A stretch of 32,000 nucleotides of DNA. It comes from Candidatus Saccharimonadota bacterium. Its GTDB lineage: Bacteria; Pseudomonadota; Gammaproteobacteria; Enterobacterales; Enterobacteriaceae. The stretch covers positions 150,001 through 182,000 of the forward strand of contig CP001817.1 in NCBI GenBank assembly GCA_000217635.1. The letters run 5' to 3'. The position numbers and the translations under genes are program-made. The notes under the pieces are model-generated. The model was given only the letters and a program-made list of their open reading frames with translations, ran no database searches and was not told the origin of the DNA. Shown here piece after piece: positions 1 through 10,587 of the stretch (positions within the stretch are counted from its first letter, which is position 1; every line of letters begins with the position of its first letter).

Positions 1-682
1 AATAACATATTTGAGCTAATAAACGACTAATATTAATTGAATTTGCTGAATTTAAACCAATTTTGTTTCGTAATTTTTTATCGTTAAAAGCTTGCTTTAC
101 CAGGCTTTGGCAATCATCAAAGCTTCCATCAATAGCTATTGTATGGATATTTTTCCTAATGTACAAAATAATTTTTTCTTGCAATGTACTAATTTTTCCT
201 TTTGGAAATAAAATTACTACACGAATATTATCCATACAATAAAACGCATGAGCAACAGCTGCACCAGTATCTCCTGAAGTAGCTGTTAAAATAGTCATTT
301 CATCATCTTTGTTATTCCAATATGATAACATATTAGCCATAAAGCGAGCGCCAAAATCTTTAAAAGCTAAGGTGGGACCATGAAATAATTCTAAACAAGC
401 AATATTTTTTTCTACTATATGTAAAAAAGGCGGTTTAAAAGAAAATGCATTTTTTACATTTTTTGTTAAATCATTTAATGAAATTTCATCTGATATAAAA
501 TATGATAAAATATTTGCACTTCGGGTAATAAAATCCATTTCTGTTAGTTCTTCTAATTTTTTAGTATTAAATTTTGGTAAAGTTTTAGGAAAAAATAATC
601 CTTGTTTTTTTCCTAAACCTAATTTAATTGCATAAGTAAAATTTACTTCTTCATGATGATCTTTTAAATTATATAATTTCAT
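1..682 (-). CDS. thrC: threonine synthase, N-terminal 227 codons (rest lies beyond window start)
   Basis: Absent from the ORF track because it runs off the window edge. Hand translation of the minus strand from ATG at 682-680 gives MKLYNLKDHHEEVNFTYAIKLGLGKKQGLFFP...CLELFHGPTLAFKDFGARFMA...LTATSGDTGAAVAHAF...NSANSINISRLLAQICY. There are no stops and it is collinear with the E. coli ThrC N-terminus, including the PLP-lysine context TLAFKD. The start overlaps the thrB stop by 14 nt. Confidence 0.9.
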   Translation of the reverse strand, partial: MKLYNLKDHHEEVNFTYAIKLGLGKKQGLFFPKTLPKFNTKKLEELTEMDFITRSANILSYFISDEISLNDLTKNVKNAFSFKPPFLHIVEKNIACLELFHGPTLAFKDFGARFMANMLSYWNNKDDEMTILTATSGDTGAAVAHAFYCMDNIRVVILFPKGKISTLQEKIILYIRKNIHTIAIDGSFDDCQSLVKQAFNDKKLRNKIGLNSANSINISRLLAQICY

Positions 683-1619
683 TTTCGGTTGTTCCTATTT
701 TTCTTGCCCCACACCGATCTATCGTGCAAATATGGACAAATCCTTTTTCTTTTTCTCTGTAGTTTTTTAAAAACCAATTTTTTATTCTTTTAGCAATATT
801 AATATTATTACAAATAGAAAATATAGTTGGTCCTGACCCTGAAATATTACATGTCAATGCGCCTAATTTAATAATTGTTTTTTTTATTTTTAAAAAATTA
901 GGAATTAATGGAATACGATATGGTTCAGCAATAACATCGTTCATAACACGAATTGCTAAATTTGGTTGTTTGGTATACAAAGCATGGATAAAAGTTGATA
1001 AATTACGACTATTTTTTATACATATCTGTTGTGTATAGTTTTTTGGTAAAATTTTTCTAGCATTAGAGGTAGTAAGCTTTGTTCCTGGCCACGCAATTAC
1101 CCATATCCATTTTTTAAAAATAGGTAATGATTGTGTAAATCTTAGTTTATCTTCGGTAATTAATTGTATACCACCTAAATAACAAGGTGCAACATTGTCA
1201 TAATGGACAGACCCTGAAATACTTCCTTCTAATTTTCCCATTAATTTTAATAATTGTCTAGGGTTGAGTTTGGTATCATAAAAATGATCTAATGCTAAAA
1301 TAATAGATACAACAGAAGAAGCGCTTGATCCTAAACCAGATCCGATTGGCATATTCTTTTCTAATTTGACTTTAATAAAACTTTTTTTATTAGTTATAGT
1401 TTCAAATAATTTTATAGCTTTCCAAGTAATATTTTCTAAAATATTTTTAGGTAATTGTTTAGAAAATTTTCCGATATGATTAATTTCTAAATTTTTAGAT
1501 TTTTTTATTGATACAATATCTCCCAATAACGTTCCATCTATTGGTATAATAGCTGCTCCTAGAATATCAAATCCTACGCCAATATTTCCGATAGAAGCAG
1601 GAGCATAAAATTTTATCAT
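669..1619 (-). CDS. thrB: homoserine kinase
   Basis: 316-aa ORF. MIKFYAPASIGNIGVGFD start and GHMP-kinase motif NMPIGSGLGSSASS. Collinear with E. coli ThrB (310 aa). Sits in thrA-thrB-thrC operon order. Confidence 0.95.
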   Translation of the reverse strand: MIKFYAPASIGNIGVGFDILGAAIIPIDGTLLGDIVSIKKSKNLEINHIGKFSKQLPKNILENITWKAIKLFETITNKKSFIKVKLEKNMPIGSGLGSSASSVVSIILALDHFYDTKLNPRQLLKLMGKLEGSISGSVHYDNVAPCYLGGIQLITEDKLRFTQSLPIFKKWIWVIAWPGTKLTTSNARKILPKNYTQQICIKNSRNLSTFIHALYTKQPNLAIRVMNDVIAEPYRIPLIPNFLKIKKTIIKLGALTCNISGSGPTIFSICNNINIAKRIKNWFLKNYREKEKGFVHICTIDRCGARKIGTTENEII

Positions 1620-1637
1620 TTTTTAAAACTCCACAAG

Positions 1638-4094
1638 TTATGATATGGTACGTAATAAATCTGAAAAAATACCAGAAGCTGTTACGTTGTTTCCGGCTCC
1701 ATAACCACGTAAAATTAGAGGAATAGGATGATAATATTTAGTGTGAAATATTAATATATTTTCTCCATTTTTTATATTATATAATGGGTTTTTTTGACTT
1801 ACTGCGATTATTTTAACATTACATTCACCTGTATTTTTTATAGTTCCAACGAATCGCAGTACTTTTTTTCTTTTTTTTGCTTTTTGAAATCGTAAATTAA
1901 AACTTGCATCTAATTCTTTTAACCGAGACATAACTAATTTGATATCTTTAATTTTTTCAAAATTATCAGGTAATATTTTTTCTATTTTTATATCTGATAA
2001 TTCTAATTGATATCCTGTTTCACGAGCTAAAATTAATAACTTTCTAGCAATATCGATACCTGATAGATCATCTCTTGGATCTGGCTCTGTAAATCCTAAA
2101 ATTTTAGCTTCTTCTGTAGCTTTTGATAAACTCATTCCTTTATCTAATTTTCCAAAAATAAACGACATAGATCCGGACAAAATTCCTTGAAAACTAATTA
2201 GTTTATCTCCTGTACGTAATAAATTTTGTAAATTTTGAATAACTGGTAGTCCAGCTCCTACATGAGTTTCATAAAAGAATTTTTTATTATATTTAAGAGC
2301 ATTAGAACGAATTTTTTTATATTGCGAACTTGATGAAGAATTTGATTTTTTATTAGCTGTAATAATATGAAATCCATTTTTTATTATATTGATATATTGA
2401 TCGGCAATTTTTTGACTCGCCGTACAATCTATTAAAACAGGGTTAATTAAATTTTCTTTTTTGGGTATTTTTAAAATTTTATCAAGACAAAAATTTTTTT
2501 TTTGATTTTTAAAATGTATTTTCCAATTTTCAAAATTTGTATTTTGTTTATGAATTAAATATTTTTTAGAATTAGTAGTTACTACTAAGTTTATTTTTAT
2601 TCCAATATCATTAAGTGTTTTAGTTTGATTAAAGATTTTATGTATTAAATTAGTACCTACCCCTCCAATTCCTAATAAAAATACATTTATTATTTTTTTT
2701 TTATGAATTATATTTTCATGTAAAACTTTTAAGAATTCTGAAATGTATTGATTATATAATATAAGGGATATAGATATATTAGAAGGATTACACACGGTAG
2801 ATACAATTTTATTATTTGTATTTTTTAAAACTTTAAAGATTTTTTTAAAAATAGAAGTATAATTATTTTTAAGGTGTTCTCCCACGATTGTAATAGCACA
2901 TAAATTATTTAATATTTTAATTGGTTTTAAAATATTATTTTTTATTTCTAAAAAAAATGTTTTTTCTAGTTGTATTAGAGATTTTTTAATTTCATTTTTT
3001 TCTATACAGATACTAATTTTATTTTGTGAAGATGAATAAATAGAAAATAATATATTAATATTTTTTAATGACATACATGAGAAAATACGAGAACAATAAT
3101 TTAAAATATGTACATTATTTAATGTGGAAATATTTAATATAGAAAGATTATTAAGAAATGTAATTCCTTTAATTTCTTTCTTTTTATTTTCTTTTAAATT
3201 TTGGGTAATTAATGTTCCTTTTTGTGCGGGGTTACATGTGTTTTTAATTAAACATGGAATATTATATTTTTTTAATGGAAATAAAGTACGTGGATGAATT
3301 ACTGTTGCTCCGAAAAATGCTAATTCCATAGCTTCTTTATAGGATAGGTTTTTTAACAATTGAGCATTTGTAACAATATTGGGATCGCTAGTATACATTC
3401 CATCTACATCAGTCCAAATTTCACATATTTTTGCATTCATACATACAGCTAATGCAGCGGCAGAATAATCTGATCCATTTCGACCGAGAAGTACTAATTC
3501 ATTTGTATAATTTCCAGCAATAAAACCTGGCATCAAAATAATATTTTTTTCAGGGATTTTTATTTTTTCTATTCTTTTTTTTGATTCATGTAAATCTATC
3601 GTAGCATTTAAATAACTTTCATTAGTAGATAAAAAAATTTTTCTTGGGTTTAAAGTAGTGACATGATATTGTTTTGATATAAGTAATTGATGCATAATTT
3701 TAATAGAAAATTTTTCTCCAATGCACATAATAGTTGCTTGGATATTTTCAGGACATTGTTTTAATATATTTATGCTTTTTAATATATTTTTTAATTTATT
3801 AGATTGTATATCGATAAAATCGATTATTTTTTTTTGAAAATTTAATTGAATTTTACATATGTTTAATAATAAATTTAAAAAATATTTTTTTATTGTATCA
3901 ATGTTTTTTTTGTGATTTTTTTTTTGTTGGATACTATCATTGATTGCTACAATTAAATAATTTGTTATCTTAGCTGGTGCAGATAATACTACTGAAACCT
4001 TTGTTTTTTTGGATGAATTAATGATAATAGAAGACACTTGTAAAAATTTTTTTGCGGTTTCAAGTGATGTGCCTCCAAATTTTAAAGTTTTCAT
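1638..4094 (-). CDS. thrA: bifunctional aspartokinase I / homoserine dehydrogenase I
   Basis: 818-aa ORF (E. coli ThrA is 820 aa). N-terminal aspartokinase (MKTLKFGGTSL, GRNGSDYSAA) and C-terminal homoserine dehydrogenase (LLGIGGVGT ... GAGLPV ... RGYGAG). Contains three in-frame A10 tracts (T10 on + strand at 2494-2503, 2693-2702, 3916-3925). Confidence 0.95.
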   Translation of the reverse strand: MKTLKFGGTSLETAKKFLQVSSIIINSSKKTKVSVVLSAPAKITNYLIVAINDSIQQKKNHKKNIDTIKKYFLNLLLNICKIQLNFQKKIIDFIDIQSNKLKNILKSINILKQCPENIQATIMCIGEKFSIKIMHQLLISKQYHVTTLNPRKIFLSTNESYLNATIDLHESKKRIEKIKIPEKNIILMPGFIAGNYTNELVLLGRNGSDYSAAALAVCMNAKICEIWTDVDGMYTSDPNIVTNAQLLKNLSYKEAMELAFFGATVIHPRTLFPLKKYNIPCLIKNTCNPAQKGTLITQNLKENKKKEIKGITFLNNLSILNISTLNNVHILNYCSRIFSCMSLKNINILFSIYSSSQNKISICIEKNEIKKSLIQLEKTFFLEIKNNILKPIKILNNLCAITIVGEHLKNNYTSIFKKIFKVLKNTNNKIVSTVCNPSNISISLILYNQYISEFLKVLHENIIHKKKIINVFLLGIGGVGTNLIHKIFNQTKTLNDIGIKINLVVTTNSKKYLIHKQNTNFENWKIHFKNQKKNFCLDKILKIPKKENLINPVLIDCTASQKIADQYINIIKNGFHIITANKKSNSSSSSQYKKIRSNALKYNKKFFYETHVGAGLPVIQNLQNLLRTGDKLISFQGILSGSMSFIFGKLDKGMSLSKATEEAKILGFTEPDPRDDLSGIDIARKLLILARETGYQLELSDIKIEKILPDNFEKIKDIKLVMSRLKELDASFNLRFQKAKKRKKVLRFVGTIKNTGECNVKIIAVSQKNPLYNIKNGENILIFHTKYYHPIPLILRGYGAGNNVTASGIFSDLLRTIS

Positions 4095-4753
4095 AATTTT
4101 TTTTATTTCTCATTTAGTATCAATATTCATGTTTAATTTTTTAAGAAATTATATGTTCTATACCATTAATAATTTATGAGTTTTAATAATAGAATTTTTT
4201 ATTATATAAAAATCTGCAATAATAAAAAATTATTTTTTTTATTAAATAAAAGTTTATTGTATTTATTATAATATCTTATTTTTAAATTATTAAAAATTTA
4301 GATAAAAATATGATTTTTTTTATAAAAACGGATAAATTGTAGCATATTTTCTAAATTTTTTCTTTTTTTTAAATACATTTGTTAATATTAGTAAATAATA
4401 AGTATTTTAATTAAAAAAATAATTTAAATATAAAATCTTTATTTTTTTAATTTTAATAAAATTTATATTGATATGAAATAGTTTTTAATTACTTAATATA
4501 ATAATGTCAATATAATCTTTAATTTTTATAAAAATAAAATAATATTTAGTATTGTAATAATTAAATTTATTATTAAATTTAACAACATATATAAGTATAA
4601 ATGAAAAATTTAACTTTATTTTAGGTTGTGATTTTTTTGAATAAGAAGTTTTATAATAAGTACGATATATTGAGATATATAATATATTTTTTGAATAATT
4701 ATTCAATATAGTACTATGTATTGAAGAGTGTATATTTTATGTATATTCTGTTT

Positions 4754-5936
4754 TTACATAGTAAAATATTTATGATACCAAAAACGAACAATTTTTTTAG
4801 ATTCTTGGATTTTTTCAATATTAACACGTAAAGAGAATAATTCTAATGCTTGTAAAAAATTTATATTTTTATGATGCTTTTTGTATTACAATGATACTGT
4901 TTTTCTATTTCTTTTTGTAGTTTCCATATTTTAGAGATAGTAATTAATATATTTTTGGGTATTCCTATGGATATAGCAGATGATTTAAGTATTTTTCGGA
5001 CAGATATAGAATATGCATTTGAAAATCCCATTATTTTTTTTTAGTTAATTTTTTTATTTTATCTAATAATGGATACCATAGTATGGAAGCAAATAAAAAA
5101 GATGCGTGGCATATTTTTTTGTTTTTATATTTTTATCAGTTTTTTTTAAAGCTTTTTTTATAATATATTTAAAAAATATTTTGTTTTTTTATTTAAAATT
5201 TTAAATAAATAAGGTAATAATGGTTTTATTAAAGAATATTTTTTTAATTTTTTTATATGTTAAATAACCAAATCCACAACAAAATAGTTTAATAGACTCG
5301 TTAAATAAACGTGCAGATGGAACATAATGTAATAGATTAGCTAATCTTGATATAGGTTCTGATGTTTTTTTAGCAATGTTCATATTTAATTGTACTGAAA
5401 AACGAATAACGCGTAACATACGCACAGGGTCTTCTCGATATCTTGTTTCTGCATCGCCAATTAAACAAATAATTTTTCTTTTAATATCATTTACACCTCC
5501 TACATAATCGCGAATTCCAAAATCTTTTATATTGTAATATAAAGCATTAATTGTAAGATCTCGTCGATATGCATCTTCTTCAATTTTTCCAAATGTATTA
5601 TCTTGTAATAATATTCCGTTTATTATTTTTTTTTGTTTTGTACGAAAAGTAGATACTTCAATAATTTCTGCTCGAAATATTAAATGAGCAATGATAAAGC
5701 GGCGTCCAATTAATCTACAGTTTTTAAAAAATCTTTTAATATCATCAGGCGTAGCGTTAGTTGCAATATCAAAGTCTTTTGGGTTTTTTTCCTAATATTA
5801 GATCTCTTACGCTTCCGCCAACTAGATATGCTTCATAACCTAATTTATTTAACCTATATATTACTTTCATAGAATTTTTACTAATTTTTATGGGAGATAT
5901 TATAGTTTTTTTTATAATTAGAGTCATATTTTTCAT
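4754..5936 (-). pseudogene. pcnB: poly(A) polymerase I remnant with multiple frameshifts and two in-frame stops
   Basis: Hand translation in four frame segments is collinear with E. coli PcnB.
- Segment 1 from ATG 5936: [53 protein letters not shown], then out of frame (TGA 5769-5771).
- Segment 2: [27 protein letters not shown]...[26 protein letters not shown]...[10 protein letters not shown], with in-frame TAA at 5201-5203 and 5189-5191.
- Segment 3: HASFLFASILWYPLLDKIKK...IGIPKNILITISKIWKLQ.
- Segment 4: HHKNINFLQALELFSLRVNIEKIQ..., stop at 4754-4756.
It lies downstream of dksA as in E. coli (dksA-gluQ-pcnB). Confidence 0.85.
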
Positions 5937-5953
5937 ATCTGTTCTATGATTAC

Positions 5954-5992
5954 ATAGTCTTATTTTTAAATTTTAATGAAAAATAAGACTAT
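5954..5992. repeat. 14-bp perfect inverted repeat (hairpin, 11-nt loop) between dksA and the pcnB remnant
   Basis: atagtcttattttt (5954-5967) pairs base for base with aaaaataagactat (5979-5992). It includes the only G/C in the neighbourhood. There is no adjacent U-run on either strand. Confidence 0.5.
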
Positions 5993-6214
5993 TAAGGAGT
6001 TATGATCATATCTTTATAATTTTAAATTTATATGATATAACATGCATATTATATTTTTTTGATATAACAAATATTTTATATACAATATATATGTATATAA
6101 ATTATAGTGATTTATATCAATGATAACTTTTTTATTTAAATAAATTTTTATATAATTTTATTATATTTATTTTTTTAATTTTTATATTTAATTTAAAAAT
6201 TAAATTTTATATCT

Positions 6215-6670
6215 TTACCTAGATATTTGTTTTTTTCGTAATTCCGCTAATGTTTTACAGTCTATACATAAATATGCTGTTGGACGCGCTTCTAACCTGC
6301 GAATACCTATTTCTATTTCACATATATCGCAATATCCAAATGTATTATTTTCTACTCTTTTTAATGTATCATTGATTTTTTTTATTAATTTATATTCACG
6401 ATCTCTTTTTCTAAGTTCTAAGCTAAAATTTTCCTCTTGTGCAGCTCTATCAATAGGATCTGGTAAATTAATATTTTTATTTTTTATAGTAAAAATATTT
6501 TTTTGAATGGTTTTTGTAATTTCTTTTTTCCAAGTAATAAGAATAGTTTTAAAATGTTTAATTTGTGCTTCATTCATATATTCTTCATTTTTATGTAAAA
6601 TATACGGTTTTAATCCTGCGATTGATAAAATGTTTAAGGATGATTTTTTAGGATTTTTTTTTATATTCAT
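6215..6670 (-). CDS. dksA: RNA polymerase-binding transcription factor DksA
   Basis: The ORF track gives 6215..6682. The second ATG (6670) yields 151 aa, collinear residue for residue with E. coli DksA ([23 protein letters not shown] vs MQEGQNRKTSSLSILAIAGVEPY), and is preceded by purine-rich GAGAAGA. Coiled-coil tip motif [10 protein letters not shown] and a 4-Cys zinc finger ([25 protein letters not shown]) are present. Confidence 0.93.
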   Translation of the reverse strand: MNIKKNPKKSSLNILSIAGLKPYILHKNEEYMNEAQIKHFKTILITWKKEITKTIQKNIFTIKNKNINLPDPIDRAAQEENFSLELRKRDREYKLIKKINDTLKRVENNTFGYCDICEIEIGIRRLEARPTAYLCIDCKTLAELRKKQISR

Positions 6671-7004
6671 TGATCTTCTCATAATTTTTGTGTATTTAAT
6701 GATTAAAAAATTGTTTTTTAAATCATAATATATTAATATTTAATAAAAATAATTAATAATATTTATATTAATAGATATAAGAATTTTTTAAAAAAATATT
6801 AAATTATTTTTATTATAAAATATATATATATATTAAATAAAATAAAGTTATTAATTTTTGATAATAAAAAAATTTAATTAGCATTTTATATTGATACAGA
6901 TATTATTATAAATAATAATGAAAATATAGTTTTTCTAAAAAATAAATATTATTTGTAGAGTTTATTCTTTATATTTTTAGTATAATTTAATTAATGAGAA
7001 AAAA

Positions 7005-7799
7005 ATGAAATGGGTTTGTGGTATAGAATATGATGGAACAAAATATTTTGGATGGCAAAAACAAAAATTAGTATGTACAATACAAGAATCTATAGAAAAT
7101 GTATTGTCAAAAATTGCCAATCATAATATTAATTTAATATGTGCCGGTCGTACAGATCGCGGCGTGCATGGTATTACGCAAATTGTTCATTTTTTAACGT
7201 TTTCTGTGCGTAGTAAAAAAGAATGGTTATTAGGAGCAAATTCATTATTACCGTCAGATATTACAATATTATGGTTAAAAAAAATTCCAGAAAATTTTGA
7301 TGCAAGATTTTCAGCTTTATCTAGGTCTTATCGATATATTATTTTTAATAGTGCTATTCGATCTAGTTTCTTGAAAAGATATAGTTATCATTTAAGAAAA
7401 ATTTTAGATATTAAAAAAATGAAACATGCAAGTCAATATTTAATAGGTCAGCATAATTTTAGTGCTTTTCGTAGCAGTGGGTGTCAATCTTTATCTCCTT
7501 ATCGTACTATCTTTTTTATACATATATTGCAATTTAAAAAATTTATAATAATTGATATTATTGCTAATTCTTTTTTGTATCATATGGTTCGTAATATTGT
7601 AGGGTGTTTAGTATTAATTGGATTGTCTATACATGAACCTTTATGGATAAAACAAGTATTAGATAAGAAAGATCATCACAAGAAATATAGCACAGCTCCA
7701 TCTCATGGATTATATTTTTTATCAGCATCATATCCATCTCATTTTTTAGTGCCTAATAATATATACAAATCTAGTTTTTTAATTTTTTTTAATATTTAG
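7005..7799 (+). CDS. truA: tRNA pseudouridine(38-40) synthase
   Basis: 264-aa ORF. GIEYDGTKYFGWQKQ and catalytic-Asp context CAGRTDRGVHG, plus RSYRYII. Collinear with E. coli TruA (270 aa). Confidence 0.93.
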   Translation: MKWVCGIEYDGTKYFGWQKQKLVCTIQESIENVLSKIANHNINLICAGRTDRGVHGITQIVHFLTFSVRSKKEWLLGANSLLPSDITILWLKKIPENFDARFSALSRSYRYIIFNSAIRSSFLKRYSYHLRKILDIKKMKHASQYLIGQHNFSAFRSSGCQSLSPYRTIFFIHILQFKKFIIIDIIANSFLYHMVRNIVGCLVLIGLSIHEPLWIKQVLDKKDHHKKYSTAPSHGLYFLSASYPSHFLVPNNIYKSSFLIFFNI

Positions 7800-7991
7800 T
7801 TTTTTTAAAAAAAAATCTATTGAATTATATTATATATTATTTTTTATAATAATGTAAAATTTTTATATCTTGAATAAGATAACAAATAAAAAAAATTAAA
7901 AATATTTATAAAATTTATTTATTTTTTCGTAAAGATAGTGTTTTATGCTGCATTAAAATATTTATTAAGTTTAATTGAATGAGATTTTAAT

Positions 7992-10587
7992 ATGTTTAAA
8001 AAAATTATTGATAAATTTTTTTTAAATTATAGTAGTCGTATTTTAAAAAAAAATAAATTATTTTGTAAAAAAAATTAATTATTTAGAAAAAGATTTGGTT
8101 AGTTTATCGGATGCAGAATTAAAAAAAAAAACAATAATATTTAAAAATCGATTAAAAAAAGGAGAAACTTTAGAACAATTATTACCAGAAGCATTTGCTG
8201 TAGTACGAGAAGCTAGTAAACGGGTTTTTGGGATGCGTCATTTTGATGTTCAATTGTTAGGAGGTATCGTATTACATCAAAACTCGATTGCAGAGATGCG
8301 TACAGGAGAAGGTAAAACTTTAACTGCAACTTTACCGGTATATTTAAATGCGTTAGAAGGAAAAGGTGTACATGTTGTTACAATGAATGATTATTTAGCT
8401 AAAAGAGATGGTAATAAAAATCGTATTTTATTTAATTTTTTAGGATTAACTGTTGGTATAAATATAAGTAAGATGTCTAAAGCAGAAAAAAGAAAAGCTT
8501 ATTCTTCTGATATTACATATGGAACTAATCATGAATATGGTTTTGATTATTTACGCGATAATATGGTTTTTTGTAGCTCTAAAAAGGTTCAAAGAGAATT
8601 ATACTATGCATTAGTTGATGAAGTGGATTCAATTTTAATAGATGAAGCCCGCACTCCATTAATTATTTCTGGTCCTGTAGATCATAGTAATAGTATATAT
8701 ATTCATATTAATAAATTAGTACGTAAATTAACTTTACAAATTAAAGATCGTGATAAAAAAAAATATATACCAGGAGACTTTTTTATCGATCGAAAAGCGC
8801 GTCAGGTATATTTAACTGAAAAAGGTATGGATACTATAGAGAAATTATTAGTTTCATATAACTTCTTAACTTCTCAGGAATCATTATACTCACCTAAAAA
8901 TATTGTATTTATTCATCATATTTTGTTAGCACTTAAAGCACATTATATATTTTTTAATAATATTGATTATATTATAAAAATAAAAAATATTATGATTGTT
9001 GATGAACATACAGGAAGAATTATGCCTGGTCGTCGTTGGTCAGAGGGTTTACATCAGGCTATTGAAGCAAAAGAGCATGTTTTAATTCAACAAGAAAACC
9101 AGACTTTAGCTTCTATTACACTGCAAAATTACTTTCGTTTATATAAAAAATTATCCGGTATGACCGGGACTGCTATCACCGAAGAATTTGAATTTCGTTC
9201 GATATATAATTTAGAAACTGTGGTTATTCCTACAAATAAACCGATGATTCGTAATGATATGTCGGATGTAATATATCTTTCTTGTACAGAAAAATATAAG
9301 GCAATTGTTGCTGCAATTAAAGATTGTGTTTTGCGTAAACAACCGGTTTTAATAGGTACTGTTTCAATTGAAAAATCTGAATTATTATCTTCTTTTTTAA
9401 AAAAAAATTTTATTAAACATAATATTTTAAATGCAAAATTTCATGCCCAAGAAGCAGATATTATTGCGCAAGCTGGTCAATTAGGCGCTGTAACTATTGC
9501 AACTAATATGGCGGGAAGAGGAACAGATATTGTTTTGGGAGGAAATTTTGATTCTTCTTATATACATGAAAAAAATAATATTAATATAAAAAAAAGGAAT
9601 TTTTTAAAAAAACGCTGGAAAAAAAATAATGCATTGGTGATTCGTAGTGGTGGTTTACATATTATAGGTACTGAAAGGCATGAATCACGTCGTATTGATA
9701 ATCAGTTAAGAGGTAGAGCAGGAAGGCAAGGTGATCCTGGTTCTTCGCGTTTTTATTTATCTTTGGAAGATCCGTTACTTCAATTATTTTTATCAGATAA
9801 AATGATTTATTTTATGAAATTATTTGGTATTAAAAAGGAAGAATCAATTGAACATCCGTGGATTAATACAGCAATAGAGAATGCGCAAAAAAAAGTAGAA
9901 AACCAAAATTTTGATGTTCGTAAAAGTTTGTTAGAATATGATAATATTATTAATGAGCAACGAAAGGTTATTTATCATGAACGAAATAAAATTATTGATT
10001 CTAGCAATTTGAGTTCGTATATTCTTGTTATTTTCTCTAATCAAATAAAAAATTTTTTAAAAAAAAATATAATTCGAAATGATTTAGATTTTAATATTTT
10101 AAAAAAATTTAAAAATTTGTTTTTTTTAGTTTATCTCGTAAAAAAATTTTTGCAAAATAAATTATTATTCTCAAATAATATTAATCATATTAATAATTAT
10201 ATTGTAAAAATTATCCAAAAAGATTATATACAACATACTTCTCAGATATCTATTAAATACAGCATGATAATTGAAAAATATGTTATATTACAAATATTTG
10301 ATCAATTTTGGAGGGATCATTTAAATTCTCTTGATTTTTTAAGGAAAAATATTTATCTTCGTAGTTATGCTCAAAAAGATCCTACACAAGAATATAAAAG
10401 AGAATCTTTTAGTATGTTTGCTTCAATGTTAGAATCTATTAAAAAATTTATAATAAAAAGTTTATTAAATATTTTTTATAAAAATTTTGAAACACATAAA
10501 TATATTTTAATAAAATTTATTGATTCTAATGATTTTAAATCTTTACGTTATTTTATTACTAAACTTTGTGAAACTATTATAATATAA
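7992..10587 (+). CDS. secA: preprotein translocase ATPase SecA, interrupted near the 5' end by a 1-nt frameshift (uninterrupted ORF 8095..10587)
   Basis: The 830-aa ORF matches E. coli SecA from residue ~36 ([10 protein letters not shown]...[27 protein letters not shown]...[14 protein letters not shown]...[19 protein letters not shown]...[10 protein letters not shown]...[30 protein letters not shown]). The conserved N-terminus [20 protein letters not shown] (E. coli [20 protein letters not shown]) is encoded from ATG 7992 in a different frame that stops at TAA 8076-8078. Confidence 0.88.

Noticed and set aside
4095-4400. Search for a thr operon leader peptide or attenuator upstream of thrA.
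   Set aside because: The only small ORF nearby is MNIDTK. There is no Thr/Ile codon run and no attenuator-like alternative hairpins, so the leader appears to be lost.
4485-4706. 73-aa ORF in the thrA-pcnB spacer (MNNYSKNILYISIYRTYY...).
   Set aside because: Pure N/K/I/Y low-complexity translation of A/T-only DNA, with no Shine-Dalgarno sequence and no recognisable family. Most likely a chance ORF.
4691-4706. 16-bp perfect palindrome ttgaataattattcaa just downstream of the pcnB remnant. Similar short A/T palindromes occur at about 17585-17600 and 25970-25985.
   Set aside because: Nearly pure A/T palindromes of this size are expected by chance in this composition. They have no flanking U-run and almost no G/C anchor.
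5201-5425. 74-aa ORF listed in the track as a separate gene.
   Set aside because: It is only an internal-Met fragment of the pcnB remnant ([14 protein letters not shown]... matches E. coli PcnB RMLRAVRFAAKLGM), not an independent gene.
5994-6019. Strong-looking AAGGAG followed by ATG and a 5-codon mini-ORF (MIISL) on the + strand.
   Set aside because: The spacer between AAGGAG and ATG is only 2 nt and the ORF is 5 codons. There is no supporting context, so it is likely chance.
6683-7004. Many TATAAT-like and TTGACA-like hexamers (for example tataat at 6981-6986 upstream of truA) in this and other spacers.
   Set aside because: -10-like hexamers occur everywhere in DNA this A+T-rich, so promoter calls would not be meaningful without transcription start data.
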